Assembly (NCBI GenBank): GCA_026193355.1
Contig: JAPHTL010000075.1
Span: forward strand, 1-38,802
DNA from: Rhodospirillales bacterium
Lineage (GTDB): Bacteria; Pseudomonadota; Alphaproteobacteria; Rhodospirillales; JAPHTL01
Reading direction: 5' to 3'
DNA: 38,802 nt
The translations under genes were made by a program, and so were the position numbers. Under the pieces are notes generated by a model. That model saw nothing but the letters and a program-made list of their open reading frames with translations, had not been told where the DNA came from and did no database searches. Positions 21,113-31,065 of the stretch are shown piece after piece (positions within the stretch are counted from its first letter, which is position 1; every line of letters starts with the position of its first letter).

Positions 21113-21878
21113 GCCGCTGCTGAGAGTTCGCAATATCGAAACCTATTATGGCCCGATCATGGCTATCCGCGGGGTAACGCTCGATGTTCCCGAAGGGAAG
21201 ATCGTTACAATCCTCGGCGGTAACGGCGCAGGTAAGACGACGATCCTGAAAACCATCTGCGGCGCCATGGATCCGCAAAAGGGAACTGTGGTTTTCGAAG
21301 GCGAGGAAATCCAGAAACGCGACCCCGACTGGGTGGCGCGTCGCGGCATAGCCCACGTGCCCGAAGGGCGTGAGGTCTTCCCCTTCCTGTCCGTTCTCGA
21401 AAACTTGGAAATGGGGGCTTATACCCGCAAGGACAGGGCAGCGGTGCGGCAGGACATCGAGGTCGTCTACGGCTATTTTCCCGTTCTCAAGGAAAGGTCG
21501 GATCAGCAAGCGGGATATCTTTCCGGCGGACAGCAGCAGATGCTGGCGATCGGCCGCGCGCTCATGGCCCGGCCCAGACTGATGCTTCTCGACGAACCTT
21601 CGCTTGGCCTTTCGCCGATTCTGGTCAAGGAAATCTTCGATATCGTGAAGCGCCTGAACCGCGAACAGGGCGTGACCATGCTGCTGGTCGAGCAGAACGC
21701 CAACATGGCGCTTCTCACCGGTGATCATGGCTATGTCCTCGAGGTGGGCCGGATTGTCATGGAAGACACCTGTGCGAACCTGATGCAAAGCGACGACGTC
21801 CGCGAATTCTATCTGGGCATGAAGGAACAGGGCGTTCGCGGAAAGCGTCGCTGGAAACGAAAAAAGACGTGGCGGTAG
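21105..21878 (+). CDS. livF: ABC transporter ATP-binding protein, LivF-like, with basic C-terminal tail
   Basis: Track ORF starts at 21021 inside livG. ATG 21105 (MSEPLLRVRNIETYYG) overlaps the livG stop by 8 nt. Walker A GGNGAGKTT, signature LSGGQQQMLAIGRAL, Walker B LMLLDEPSLGL. It ends with GVRGKRRWKRKKTWR. Confidence 0.9.
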   Translation: MSEPLLRVRNIETYYGPIMAIRGVTLDVPEGKIVTILGGNGAGKTTILKTICGAMDPQKGTVVFEGEEIQKRDPDWVARRGIAHVPEGREVFPFLSVLENLEMGAYTRKDRAAVRQDIEVVYGYFPVLKERSDQQAGYLSGGQQQMLAIGRALMARPRLMLLDEPSLGLSPILVKEIFDIVKRLNREQGVTMLLVEQNANMALLTGDHGYVLEVGRIVMEDTCANLMQSDDVREFYLGMKEQGVRGKRRWKRKKTWR

Positions 21879-21887
21879 TTTTGGTCG

Positions 21888-23750
21888 ATGAATGTGGACG
21901 GTAGGGATATGACCGAGGGCTTTGGCGATATTTATCATGTGGAGGGGTGCGATACCCTGCCCAAGCTGTTCCGTCATCGTGTTGCGCAGTACGATGGCAA
22001 GGTCGCCCTGCGTGAAAAGGATTTCGGTATCTGGCAGGAAATCAGCTGGGCGGAATATGGCAGGCGCGCCCGGCAGGTCGGTCTTGGCCTGATCTCGCTC
22101 GGCCTGCAACGGGGGGACGTCTGTTCCATCCTCAGCGACAACAACAAGGAATGGCTCTTCACCGATCTGGGCGTACAGGGTGCGGGGGGCGTCGCCAGCG
22201 GCGTCTATACGACCGATTCGGCGAAGCAGCTTGCCTATCTGTGCAACGACTCCAGAAGTAAGTTCCTGTTCGTCGAGAACGAGGAGCAACTCGACAAGTT
22301 CCTCACCAAACGCGACGAAATGCCGGACCTGGTCAAGGTCTTCATCTACGACCTTGAAGGCCTGCGTGACTTCGAAGATCCCATGGTGATGTCGATCGAC
22401 GACCTTTACGATCTGGGCGACGCCTATGGACGCGCGCACCCGGAGGTATGGGATTCCAGCATTGATCAGGGTCGCCCCGATGACATGGCGATTCTGATCT
22501 ATACATCGGGCACAACCGGTCCGCCCAAGGGCGCGATGATCAGCCACCGCAACTGTATTGCGCAGGTCAATCTGACGAATACGACCCTGCCTTCAGTTTC
22601 GAATGACGAGCAGTTGTCATTCCTGCCGCTATGCCACATCGCCGAGCGGTCGTTTTCCGTTCTCTGGCCGCTGCGGACGGGCGCGACAATCAATTTCGCG
22701 GAAAGCCCGGAGACCGTTCCCGAAAACATCCGCGAGGTTTCCCCGACCATCTTCTTCGCGGTGCCCAGGGTTTGGGAAAAGTTCTATTCGGGCATCACCA
22801 TTCAGATGAAGGACGCCACCCGCGTCGGGCAGCTTGCGTACGCCGGGGCGCTTGCCGTTGGCAGGCGGGCTGTCGAATACAAGCTGCGAGGCGGAACGCC
22901 GCCGGTGTGGCTGAACGCGCTGTGGTGGCTGGTGGACAAGACGGTTTTCATCAACATCAAACGGATGATGGGGTTGGACCGGGTGCGTTACGTGGTGACC
23001 GGGGCTGCGCCCATTTCCCCCGACCTGATCCGCTGGTACCTGTCGCTTCGGATAAACATGTTCGAGCTTTACGGCCAGACGGAAACGACCGGCGTTGTCG
23101 CCACCAACCATTTCGGGGCGCAGAAGGTGGGAACGGTTGGCAAGGAACTGGAGGGGACCGAGGTGCGCATTTCGCCAGAGGGCGAGGTGATGACCCGTGG
23201 CCCTCTGGTCTTTATGGGCTACCTGAACCAGCCGGAAAAGACTGCCGAAACCATTGACCCGGACGGGTGGCTGCATACCGGAGACGTGGGCGAAATAGAC
23301 GACGAGGGTTTTCTGCGCATCACGGATCGCATGAAGGACATCATCATCACCGCGGGCGGCAAGAACATCACGCCCAGCGAAATCGAAAACCAGATGAAGT
23401 TTTCGCCCTACATCAATGATGCCGTTGTCATCGGCGACAAGCGCAAGTTCCTCACCGCGCTGGTGATGATCGACCACGATAACGTGATCAAGTTCGCCCA
23501 GGACAACGATGTGCCATTCACCAACTACGCCAGCCTGTGCCGGGCCAAGGAGGTGCAGGACCTGATCTGGGCCGAGATCGAGAAGGTCAACGCCAACTTC
23601 GCCCGCGTTGAGACGATCAAGAAGTTCAGGCTGATCGAACAGCTTCTGACGGCGGAAGATGACGAGCTTACCCCGACCATGAAGCTGAAGCGGAAGTACG
23701 TGAACGAAAAATACAAGGACATGATCGACGGCATGTACGCCGGGGGGTAG
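21888..23750 (+). CDS. AMP-dependent acyl-CoA synthetase (long-chain-fatty-acid--CoA ligase type)
   Basis: Track ORF of 620 aa. AMP-binding motif ILIYTSGTTGPPKGAMISHRN, YGQTETTG, GWLHTGDVGEIDDEGFLRITDRMKDIIITAGGKNITPSEIE, PTMKLKRKYV. The start could also be ATG 21909. Confidence 0.9.
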   Translation: MNVDGRDMTEGFGDIYHVEGCDTLPKLFRHRVAQYDGKVALREKDFGIWQEISWAEYGRRARQVGLGLISLGLQRGDVCSILSDNNKEWLFTDLGVQGAGGVASGVYTTDSAKQLAYLCNDSRSKFLFVENEEQLDKFLTKRDEMPDLVKVFIYDLEGLRDFEDPMVMSIDDLYDLGDAYGRAHPEVWDSSIDQGRPDDMAILIYTSGTTGPPKGAMISHRNCIAQVNLTNTTLPSVSNDEQLSFLPLCHIAERSFSVLWPLRTGATINFAESPETVPENIREVSPTIFFAVPRVWEKFYSGITIQMKDATRVGQLAYAGALAVGRRAVEYKLRGGTPPVWLNALWWLVDKTVFINIKRMMGLDRVRYVVTGAAPISPDLIRWYLSLRINMFELYGQTETTGVVATNHFGAQKVGTVGKELEGTEVRISPEGEVMTRGPLVFMGYLNQPEKTAETIDPDGWLHTGDVGEIDDEGFLRITDRMKDIIITAGGKNITPSEIENQMKFSPYINDAVVIGDKRKFLTALVMIDHDNVIKFAQDNDVPFTNYASLCRAKEVQDLIWAEIEKVNANFARVETIKKFRLIEQLLTAEDDELTPTMKLKRKYVNEKYKDMIDGMYAGG

Positions 23751-23841
23751 GCCCCATGTTCAACCAGCCGTAAAGGCAGTATGGCCCTGGTGGGCCGGAA
23801 TGTGTAAAGTCGCAATCACAAACAAGACAGGGAGTAACCAG

Positions 23842-25017
23842 ATGAAACACCTTAAATTCGTAGGAATGCTGCTTGGCGGCGTCGCCGCAGCTGGTCTTGC
23901 CGGGGCTGCCCACGCATCCCCGCAGGGCGTTTCCAAGGATGAGATCGTCTTCGGCATCAACACCGCGCTCAGCGGTCCGGCCAGCCCCTGGGGCGTCGGT
24001 TCCGTTGAAGGCATTCGCATGCGCTTTGATGAAATCAACGAAGCGGGCGGTATCCACGGCCGGAAGTTGAAGCTGATCGCCGAAGATCACCAGTATCAGG
24101 TTCCCAAGGCGGTGCAGGCAGCCAACAAGCTGATCAACCGCGACAAGATTTTCGCCATGGTCGGCGCACTGGGCACCCCCATGAACAACGCGGTCATGCC
24201 GAAGCTGTTCGAGAAGAACCTGCCGAACCTGTTCCCGTACACCGCCGCCCGTTCGATGGTCGAGCCGCAGCATCCGCTGAAGTTCCTGGCGCTGTCGACC
24301 TATTACGATCAGAACCGGATCGGGACCAAGTACGCGGTCGAAACCCTTGGCAAGAAGGCCATCTGCCGGATGACGCAGGATTCCGACTTCGGTCAGGAAA
24401 CCGTCGACGCTACGGATGCGCAGCTCAAGGCCATGGGCATGACGCTGGTTGCGGAAACCAAGCACCGTCCAGATGAAACCGATTTCGTCGCGTCGATCGC
24501 CAAGCTGCGTGGCGCGGGTTGTGATGCGGTCATCATGGGAACCATCCTCAAGGACACCATCATCATCAACGCCACGGCGAAGAAGATGGGCTGGAACGTT
24601 CCGTTCATCGGGAATATCGCGTCCTACGATCAGATCATCGCCGCGCAGAAGGGCGGAATCACCGAAGGCTATTACGCGGTGACGACCTTCAACATCGCCT
24701 ATGAGGATCAGGTCACAGATACGGCCAAGGTCTGGTTCCACCGCTACAAGGACAAATACGGCAAGGCGCCGGGCTCCGCGGCCCAGAACGGCTATATCAC
24801 CGGTGATCTTGTCGCCATCGCCCTGCAAAGGGCCGGACGCGACATCACCATGGAGAAGTTCCTCGACGGCATCACCAGCATCGAAGCCTACAGCGACATC
24901 TTCAATGGTCCGGTTCGCAGCTTTGGCCCTGGCAAGCACAAGGCGCTGGAGAAATCCGTCGTCGCCCAGATCCAGAACGGTCGCTGGGTTCCCTTGACCG
25001 GGGCTGTTCAGTACTGA
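23842..25017 (+). CDS. ABC transporter substrate-binding protein (type-I PBP, Leu/Ile/Val-binding-protein family)
   Basis: Track ORF starts at 23800. ATG 23842 follows GGGAG and gives the signal peptide MKHLKFVGMLLGGVAAAGLAGAAHA. Body blocks (IVFGINTALSGPASPWG...EINEAGGIHGRKLKLIAEDHQYQVPKAVQAANKLI..DKIFAMVGALGTP) are typical of Peripla_BP_6-type proteins. Confidence 0.9.
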   Translation: MKHLKFVGMLLGGVAAAGLAGAAHASPQGVSKDEIVFGINTALSGPASPWGVGSVEGIRMRFDEINEAGGIHGRKLKLIAEDHQYQVPKAVQAANKLINRDKIFAMVGALGTPMNNAVMPKLFEKNLPNLFPYTAARSMVEPQHPLKFLALSTYYDQNRIGTKYAVETLGKKAICRMTQDSDFGQETVDATDAQLKAMGMTLVAETKHRPDETDFVASIAKLRGAGCDAVIMGTILKDTIIINATAKKMGWNVPFIGNIASYDQIIAAQKGGITEGYYAVTTFNIAYEDQVTDTAKVWFHRYKDKYGKAPGSAAQNGYITGDLVAIALQRAGRDITMEKFLDGITSIEAYSDIFNGPVRSFGPGKHKALEKSVVAQIQNGRWVPLTGAVQY

Positions 25018-25046
25018 TCTGAACATGCGTGTAAACGCAAGTGGGA

Positions 25047-25073
25047 AGCCCGGCGCCTTTGCGCCGGGCTTTT
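25047..25073 (+). terminator. Rho-independent terminator after the binding-protein gene
   Basis: AGCCCGGCGC cttt GCGCCGGGCT TTT. A perfect 10-bp GC-rich stem (25047..25056 / 25061..25070) with a 4-nt loop and a short T run, 30 nt after the stop. Confidence 0.7.
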
Positions 25074-25090
25074 CCATTGTCGCTGCCCTC

Positions 25091-25153
25091 TTGACCCATT
25101 TGCCGGAGAGGTATTACGTTAACGTCAACGCGATTACCATTGCGTAATATAAA
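25091..25153 (+). promoter_or_regulatory. Candidate promoter/operator region of the racemase-ACAD-thiolase-FadB operon
   Basis: An AT-rich island in otherwise GC-rich DNA. TTGACC at 25091..25096. Perfect 10-bp palindrome ACGTTAACGT at 25116..25125. 7-bp inverted repeat TATTACG (25112..25118) / CGTAATA (25143..25149). ATTAC half-site repeated at 25113, 25133 and, inverted, at 25144. TATAAA at 25148..25153. Confidence 0.35.
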
Positions 25154-25220
25154 AAGAATGTCGGGGCCAACCCGGACTTCGTTTGCGCCGCAAGGGCGCG
25201 CCGGAAGGGAGAAGCGGAAT

Positions 25221-26423
25221 TTGCCGACAAATCGTCCAAAGCCTCTGGATGGGATGCGTGTTCTCGACCTGACCCGTTTGCTACCGGGCGGCCTGTGCAC
25301 ACAGCATCTTGGCGACATGGGCGCGGAAGTGGTCAAGGTTGAAGATACCGGTCCCGGTGATTACGCCCGCTTCATGGGACGTGGCGGTATGACGGTTTCG
25401 CCCCTTTTTCATCTGGTTAATCGCAACAAGAAATCCATATGTCTCGACCTGTCGAAGGATGGAGGTCGCACCCTTTTCATGAAGCTGGCGGCAACCGCCG
25501 ATATCGTTGTTGAAGGTTTCCGTCCCGGTGTCGTCGACCGGCTTGGCGTTGGCTACGAGGCCGTCGCCGCCGTCAATCCGGCCATCGTCTATTGCGCGAT
25601 CAGCGGCTATGGCCAGGACGGGCCGTGGCGTGAACGGGCCGGCCACGACATCAATTACTGCGCCACTGCCGGGATAGGCGGACAGACGGGTGCAAAGGGC
25701 GGGCCGCCGACCTTGCCCAACTTCCAGATCGCCGATCTGGCGGGCGGGACGCTCAGCGCCGCCATGGGCATCCTCGCCGCACTGGTCGATCGCCTGCGCA
25801 CCGGCAAGGGCCGCTATGTGGACATATCCATGACCGATTGCGCTTTCGCTCATTCGGCTGCCCCGCTGATCACCCTGCTTTCCGAAGGGCGCGATCCGGT
25901 GCGCGGCGACGAGATGCTCTCGGGTGGCTTGCCCTGCTACGGCTACTATGAAACTTCGGACAATCGCTACATGGCGGTCGGCGCGCTGGAGCCGAAATTC
26001 TGGCAAGCCCTGTGCGATGCGCTGGACCTGGCGCACCTGAAGGACAAGGGGTGGAACAAGGGCGCGGCGGGCGACGCCGCCCGTTCCGAGGTCGCGGCCG
26101 TTTTCGCCGGGAAACCGCGGGATCACTGGGCCGGCGTTTTCGCCGCCGTCGATTGCTGCGTGACGCCGGTTCTCGATGTCGCAGAATCGCTGTCGAACGA
26201 ACAACTGATGGCGCGCGGCATGGTGGCAGAATTGAACGATCCCGATGACGGCGTGATCCGCGTGCTGGCGCAGCCGGTTAAATTTTCCGGCATGGCGGGC
26301 ACGGTGGATGAAGGCATCGCGCCGGCGCCGCGGCAGGGACAGCATACGGATGAAATCCTGACGGAGGCGGGCATGGCTCGCGACGATCTGGAAAAACTGC
26401 GCAAGGATGGGGTCATCCGGTGA
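25221..26423 (+). CDS. Family III CoA-transferase superfamily protein, alpha-methylacyl-CoA racemase (AMACR/Mcr)-like
   Basis: Track ORF starts at ATG 25140, inside the AT-rich island. TTG 25221 is preceded by AAGGGAGAAG and puts PLDGMRVLDLTRLLPGG at the usual N-terminal position. The motifs AGHDINYCATAG and FQIADLAGG match the racemase-type His/Asp catalytic motifs I remember from AMACR/Mcr (GHDINY, AD.AGG), rather than the CaiB/Frc type. Confidence 0.8.
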   Translation: MPTNRPKPLDGMRVLDLTRLLPGGLCTQHLGDMGAEVVKVEDTGPGDYARFMGRGGMTVSPLFHLVNRNKKSICLDLSKDGGRTLFMKLAATADIVVEGFRPGVVDRLGVGYEAVAAVNPAIVYCAISGYGQDGPWRERAGHDINYCATAGIGGQTGAKGGPPTLPNFQIADLAGGTLSAAMGILAALVDRLRTGKGRYVDISMTDCAFAHSAAPLITLLSEGRDPVRGDEMLSGGLPCYGYYETSDNRYMAVGALEPKFWQALCDALDLAHLKDKGWNKGAAGDAARSEVAAVFAGKPRDHWAGVFAAVDCCVTPVLDVAESLSNEQLMARGMVAELNDPDDGVIRVLAQPVKFSGMAGTVDEGIAPAPRQGQHTDEILTEAGMARDDLEKLRKDGVIR

Positions 26424-26455
26424 TCCCGGTGGTGTAAGGACGGAGGCGGACGAAA

Positions 26456-27592
26456 ATGATTCCCAGGAAGGTGTATGACGAAGACCATGAGATGTTCCGC
26501 GATTCGGTGCGACGCTTCATCGAACGTGAGATATCTCCCTTCCACGATCAGTGGGAAAAGGATGGACAGATTTCCCGCGACGCCTGGCGAAAAGCGGGTG
26601 AGGGCGGGTTGCTCTGCGCCACCATGCCCGAGGAATACGGCGGCGCGGGTGCGGATTTCCGCTATTCCGCCATCGTGATTGAGGAACTGGGGCATGCCAA
26701 TTGCTCCGGCCCCGGTTTCGCGCTGCACTCCGATATCGTCGCCCCCTACATCCTGCATTACGGCACCGAGGATCAGAAAAAGGCCTGGCTGCCGCGCCTC
26801 GCCACCGGTGACGCGGTGGGCGCCATCGCCATGACGGATCCCTCCGCCGGTTCGGACCTGCAGGGCGTGAAGACCCGCGCCGTTCTTGATGGCGATGAAT
26901 ACGTCATCAATGGCTCCAAGACCTTTATCACCAATGGCCAGCACGCCGATCTGGTGATCGTGGTGTGCAAGACGGATCCCGCGCAGGGGGCCAAGGGAAC
27001 CAGCCTGATCGTGGTTGAAGGCGAACGGAAGGGGTTCACCAAAGGCCGCAATCTGGAAAAGATCGGCCTGAAGGCGCAGGACACCTCGGAGCTGTTTTTC
27101 GACGACTGCCGGGTGCCAAAGTCCAACCTGCTGGGCGGCGAGAATCAGGGTTTCAAATATCTGATGCAGGAGCTGCCGCAAGAACGCCTGATCGTCGCGC
27201 TTGGCGCGGTGGCCAACGCTGCCGCCGGGCTTGAGTGGACGATTGAATATACCCGCGAACGAAAGGCCTTTGGTCAGGCCATCGCGGACTTCCAGAACAC
27301 CCGCTACACCCTTGCGGACTTGAAAAGTCAGGTCGAAGTGGCGCGCGTGTTCACCGACCGTTGTCTTGAACTGCATGTGGATGGAAAGCTGGACGTGGAA
27401 ACGGCTGCCATGGCGAAGCTGTGGACCACCGAAATGCAATTCAAGGTGCTGGATGCCTGCCTGCAACTGCACGGCGGTTATGGCTACATGTGGGAATACC
27501 CGATCGCGCGGGCCTGGGCGGATGCGCGGGTTCAGCGCATCTATGCCGGAACGTCGGAAATCATGAAAGAACTGATCAGCCGCGCCCTTTAG
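26456..27592 (+). CDS. Acyl-CoA dehydrogenase
   Basis: Track ORF of 378 aa; GGAGG SD. ACAD blocks: [92 protein letters not shown]. Confidence 0.92.
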   Translation: MIPRKVYDEDHEMFRDSVRRFIEREISPFHDQWEKDGQISRDAWRKAGEGGLLCATMPEEYGGAGADFRYSAIVIEELGHANCSGPGFALHSDIVAPYILHYGTEDQKKAWLPRLATGDAVGAIAMTDPSAGSDLQGVKTRAVLDGDEYVINGSKTFITNGQHADLVIVVCKTDPAQGAKGTSLIVVEGERKGFTKGRNLEKIGLKAQDTSELFFDDCRVPKSNLLGGENQGFKYLMQELPQERLIVALGAVANAAAGLEWTIEYTRERKAFGQAIADFQNTRYTLADLKSQVEVARVFTDRCLELHVDGKLDVETAAMAKLWTTEMQFKVLDACLQLHGGYGYMWEYPIARAWADARVQRIYAGTSEIMKELISRAL

Positions 27593-27626
27593 GGCTGCGG
27601 AAGAAACGGGAAAGAGGGAGTTCGCT

Positions 27627-28835
27627 ATGACGGATGCCTATATTTTTGATGCGGTGCGCACACCGCGCGGCAAGGGCAAGAAGGACGGCGGCTTGCACGA
27701 GGTGACGCCGGTTCGCCTGGCGCAGACGGTGCTTGAAGCCATTCGCGACCGTAATGAGCTGGATACGTCGATGGTCGATGATGTGATCCTGGGTTGCGTC
27801 GAGCCGGTCGCCGAACAGGGCGCAAACATCGCGCGCACCGCCGTGCTGATGGCCGGGTACGACCAGTCCGTGGCGGGCAGCGTGGTCAGCCGTTTCTGCG
27901 CTTCGGGGCTGGAGGCGGTGAACGTCGCAACGGCAAAGGTGAAATCGGGCGAGGCCGACATGGCCATTGGCGGCGGCGTCGAATCCATGTCCCGTGTCGC
28001 CATTGGATCGGGTGGCGGTGCGCTTTATTCGGATCCCTCCGTGACCTATCCGGCCTATTTCATCCCGCAGGGCGTTTCGGCCGACCTGATCGCCACGCGC
28101 GAAGGGTTTTCGCGCGACGATGTGGATGCCTATGCCGTCGAATCACAAAAACGCGCCGCGCATGCCTGGGGCAACGGGTATTTCCGCAATTCCATCATTC
28201 CCGTCAGGGACCAGTTCGGTGATGCCATTCTTGAGCTCGACGAACACATGCGCCCCGATGCGACCATGCAATCGCTGGCTTCGCTGGATCCGGCCTTCGT
28301 CGCCTTCGGTGAGCAGATCGGATATGACGCCGTCGCCATGCAACGCTACCCCGAGGTTGAACGAGTAAACCATGTGCACCATGCCGGAAATTCCTCGGGC
28401 ATCGTCGACGGCGCGGCGGCCGTCCTGATCGGCACGAAAGAAGCGGGCGAACGCCTTGGCCTGAGGGCGCGTGCGCGCATCCGTGCGGCGGCATCCATCG
28501 GCTCCGAACCCTGCATCATGCTGACCGGCCCTGCGCCCGTAACCCGCAAGGCGTTGCAGAAGGCGGGGATGGATGTCAACGACATCGACCTTTACGAGCT
28601 GAATGAGGCCTTTGCGGCCGTGGTCATGCTCTACATGAAGGAACTGGACATCCCCCACGACCACATCAACGTCAATGGCGGGGCCATCGCCATGGGACAT
28701 CCCCTGGGGGCGACCGGCGCGATGATTCTTGGAACGCTGCTTGACGAGATGGAGCGGCGCGATGCGGAAACCGGCCTTGCTACGCTGTGCGTCGGCGGCG
28801 GCATGGGCACCGCCACGATCATCGAACGGGTCTGA
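27627..28835 (+). CDS. Acetyl-CoA C-acyltransferase (3-ketoacyl-CoA thiolase)
   Basis: Track ORF of 402 aa; GAGGGAG SD. Thiolase signatures: active-site [50 protein letters not shown]. Confidence 0.93.
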   Translation: MTDAYIFDAVRTPRGKGKKDGGLHEVTPVRLAQTVLEAIRDRNELDTSMVDDVILGCVEPVAEQGANIARTAVLMAGYDQSVAGSVVSRFCASGLEAVNVATAKVKSGEADMAIGGGVESMSRVAIGSGGGALYSDPSVTYPAYFIPQGVSADLIATREGFSRDDVDAYAVESQKRAAHAWGNGYFRNSIIPVRDQFGDAILELDEHMRPDATMQSLASLDPAFVAFGEQIGYDAVAMQRYPEVERVNHVHHAGNSSGIVDGAAAVLIGTKEAGERLGLRARARIRAAASIGSEPCIMLTGPAPVTRKALQKAGMDVNDIDLYELNEAFAAVVMLYMKELDIPHDHINVNGGAIAMGHPLGATGAMILGTLLDEMERRDAETGLATLCVGGGMGTATIIERV

Positions 28836-28846
28836 GGGAAAGAAGG

Positions 28847-30988
28847 ATGATGACGATGGGTATGTTCACCACCACCATTGATGACGACGGCATAGCGACG
28901 GTTGTCTGGGATACGCCTGGCCGCCCGGTCAACGTGATCAACGAGGAATCGACCCCCGCTTTCGCCAAGGCGATCCGTGCGGTGGTTGATGACGAGGCCG
29001 TGAAAGGCGTGATTCTGGCGTCGGGCAAGAGCGATTTCGTCGTCGGGGCCGATCTGGAAATGTTTCTCGCCATGGGCGACGACCATCAGGCGATCCTTGA
29101 TTTCATTTATCGCTTTCATGCCGTAATGCGCGCGATGGAAACGTCCGGAAAACCTTTCGTGGCGGCCCTGAACGGAACGGCGCTCGGCGGCGGGTTGGAG
29201 GTTGCATTCGGCTGTCACCACAGGATTGCCGCAGACAATCCCAAGGCGCGATTCGGCTTGCCCGAAGCAACGCTCGGCCTCTTGCCCGGTGGCGGCGGGA
29301 CGCAACGCCTGTCGCGCATGATCGGCGCGCGCGAAGCCCTGCCCTTGATGATGGAAGGTCGTCGTCTTGGGGCGGCGGATGCGCTCAAGATCGGCATCAT
29401 CGACGAGGTCGTTCCGGCGGAACGGCTGCTTGCGGCGGCCAAAGGCTGGATTCTCGCCAACCCGAATGCTGTTCAGCCATGGGACATCAAGGGGTACAGG
29501 ATCCCCGGTGGTGCGGTTCAAAGCCCCAAGGGGCTTGAAACATTCATGGCTGGCGAGGCCATGTTGCGCAAGAAGACCTGGGGCAATTACCGGGCGCAAC
29601 AACTGATTCTGCAATCCGTCTACGAAGGCCTTCAGGTTCCCATCGATACGGGCACGAAGATCGAGGGGCGCTACCTGACCGAGCTTTTGCTTTCGGCAGA
29701 AACGCGGGCCATGATCCGCACCCTGTTCTTCGGCATGCAGGACGCGAACAAGCTGAAAACCCGTCCGGAAGGCGTCGCCAAGGCGTCTTATGCGAAAGTC
29801 GGCATTCTCGGGGCGGGCATGATGGGCGCCGGCGTCGCCTACGCCACGGCCAAGGCGGGGATCGAGACGGTTCTCCTCGACACCGCGCGCGACGTGGCCG
29901 AAAAGGGCAAGGGCTATTCGGCGGCGCTGTTGGACAAGCAGGTTGCCAAGGGGCGGCTGACGACGGAAAAACGGGATGCCTTTCTTTCCCGCATCACACC
30001 CACCGATGATTACGCCGATCTGGCGGGTTGCGATCTGGTGATCGAGGCGGTCTTCGAGGATCGCGACATCAAGGCCGATGTGACCCAGAAAACCGAGGCA
30101 GTCATCGCCGCCGATGCGGTTTTTGCGTCGAACACCTCGACCCTGCCAATCACCGGACTGGCCGAGGCCAGCGCACGGCCAGAGAATTTCATCGGACTGC
30201 ACTTCTTCTCACCGGTGGACAAGATGCCGCTGGTCGAGATCATCGTCGGCGAGAAGACGTCGAAGGAAACGCTGGCGCGGTCCATGGACTACGTTCAGGC
30301 GATCGGGAAAACACCGATTGTCGTCAACGACTCCCGCGGCTTTTACACCAGCCGTGTGTTCGCCACCTATCTGAAGGAGGGCGTCGCCCTGCTTGCCGAA
30401 GGCGTCAGCCCTGCACTGATCGAAAATGCCGGACGCATGGCCGGTATGCCGGTCGGGCCACTGGCTGTGGGGGATGAGGTCAGCATTTCCCTGATCCACC
30501 ACATCAAGGCGCAGACAATGGCAGACCTTGGGGATGCCTACGAACCCCATCCGGCGGATGCGGTGATAGATCTGTTTGTCGAAGACCTGAATCGTCCTGG
30601 CAAGAAGGCGGGCAAGGGGTTTTACGATTACCCGGAGGGCGGGAAAAAATCGCTTTGGCCCGGTCTTGCCGAACATTTTCCGGTGGCCGATGAACAACCC
30701 GATGTCGAGACGGTCAAACGCCGCCTGACGTTCATTCAGGGGATTGAGACAGCGCGCTGCATGGAAGAGAACGTCCTCACCTCGGCGCAGGATGCGGATA
30801 TCGGCTCCATCCTCGGCTGGGGGTTCGCGCCCTTCCGCGGCGGCGTCATCTCCAACATAGATATCGTCGGTGTGGAAAACTTCGTGCGGGAATGCGACGC
30901 CATGGCCCAGAAGCATGGGGCGCGATTTGCTCCGCCGCAGCTTCTGCGCGACATGGCGGAAAAGGGCGAGGCTTTCTACGGTTGCTGA
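28847..30988 (+). CDS. Fused enoyl-CoA hydratase / 3-hydroxyacyl-CoA dehydrogenase (FadB/FadJ type)
   Basis: Track ORF starts at 28787 inside the thiolase gene. Clustered ATGs at 28847/28850/28856/28862 follow GGGAAAGAAGGA, so the start is uncertain by about 15 nt. N-terminal crotonase domain ([25 protein letters not shown]), NAD Rossmann [18 protein letters not shown], 3HCDH C-terminal domains. Confidence 0.9.
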   Translation: MMTMGMFTTTIDDDGIATVVWDTPGRPVNVINEESTPAFAKAIRAVVDDEAVKGVILASGKSDFVVGADLEMFLAMGDDHQAILDFIYRFHAVMRAMETSGKPFVAALNGTALGGGLEVAFGCHHRIAADNPKARFGLPEATLGLLPGGGGTQRLSRMIGAREALPLMMEGRRLGAADALKIGIIDEVVPAERLLAAAKGWILANPNAVQPWDIKGYRIPGGAVQSPKGLETFMAGEAMLRKKTWGNYRAQQLILQSVYEGLQVPIDTGTKIEGRYLTELLLSAETRAMIRTLFFGMQDANKLKTRPEGVAKASYAKVGILGAGMMGAGVAYATAKAGIETVLLDTARDVAEKGKGYSAALLDKQVAKGRLTTEKRDAFLSRITPTDDYADLAGCDLVIEAVFEDRDIKADVTQKTEAVIAADAVFASNTSTLPITGLAEASARPENFIGLHFFSPVDKMPLVEIIVGEKTSKETLARSMDYVQAIGKTPIVVNDSRGFYTSRVFATYLKEGVALLAEGVSPALIENAGRMAGMPVGPLAVGDEVSISLIHHIKAQTMADLGDAYEPHPADAVIDLFVEDLNRPGKKAGKGFYDYPEGGKKSLWPGLAEHFPVADEQPDVETVKRRLTFIQGIETARCMEENVLTSAQDADIGSILGWGFAPFRGGVISNIDIVGVENFVRECDAMAQKHGARFAPPQLLRDMAEKGEAFYGC

Positions 30989-31025
30989 ATCTGAGTGACA
31001 CTGAAACAAACTTAAGGGAGAATTT

Positions 31026-31049
31026 TTGCGGGTTGGCGCAATTGTTTTT
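31026..31049 (+). terminator. Weak candidate terminator after the FadB-type gene
   Basis: TTGCG ggttgg CGCAA TTGTTTTT. The stem is only 5 bp and is followed by a T-rich run. Marginal. Confidence 0.3.
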
Positions 31050-31065
31050 CTTGTGGAGGTGTTCC

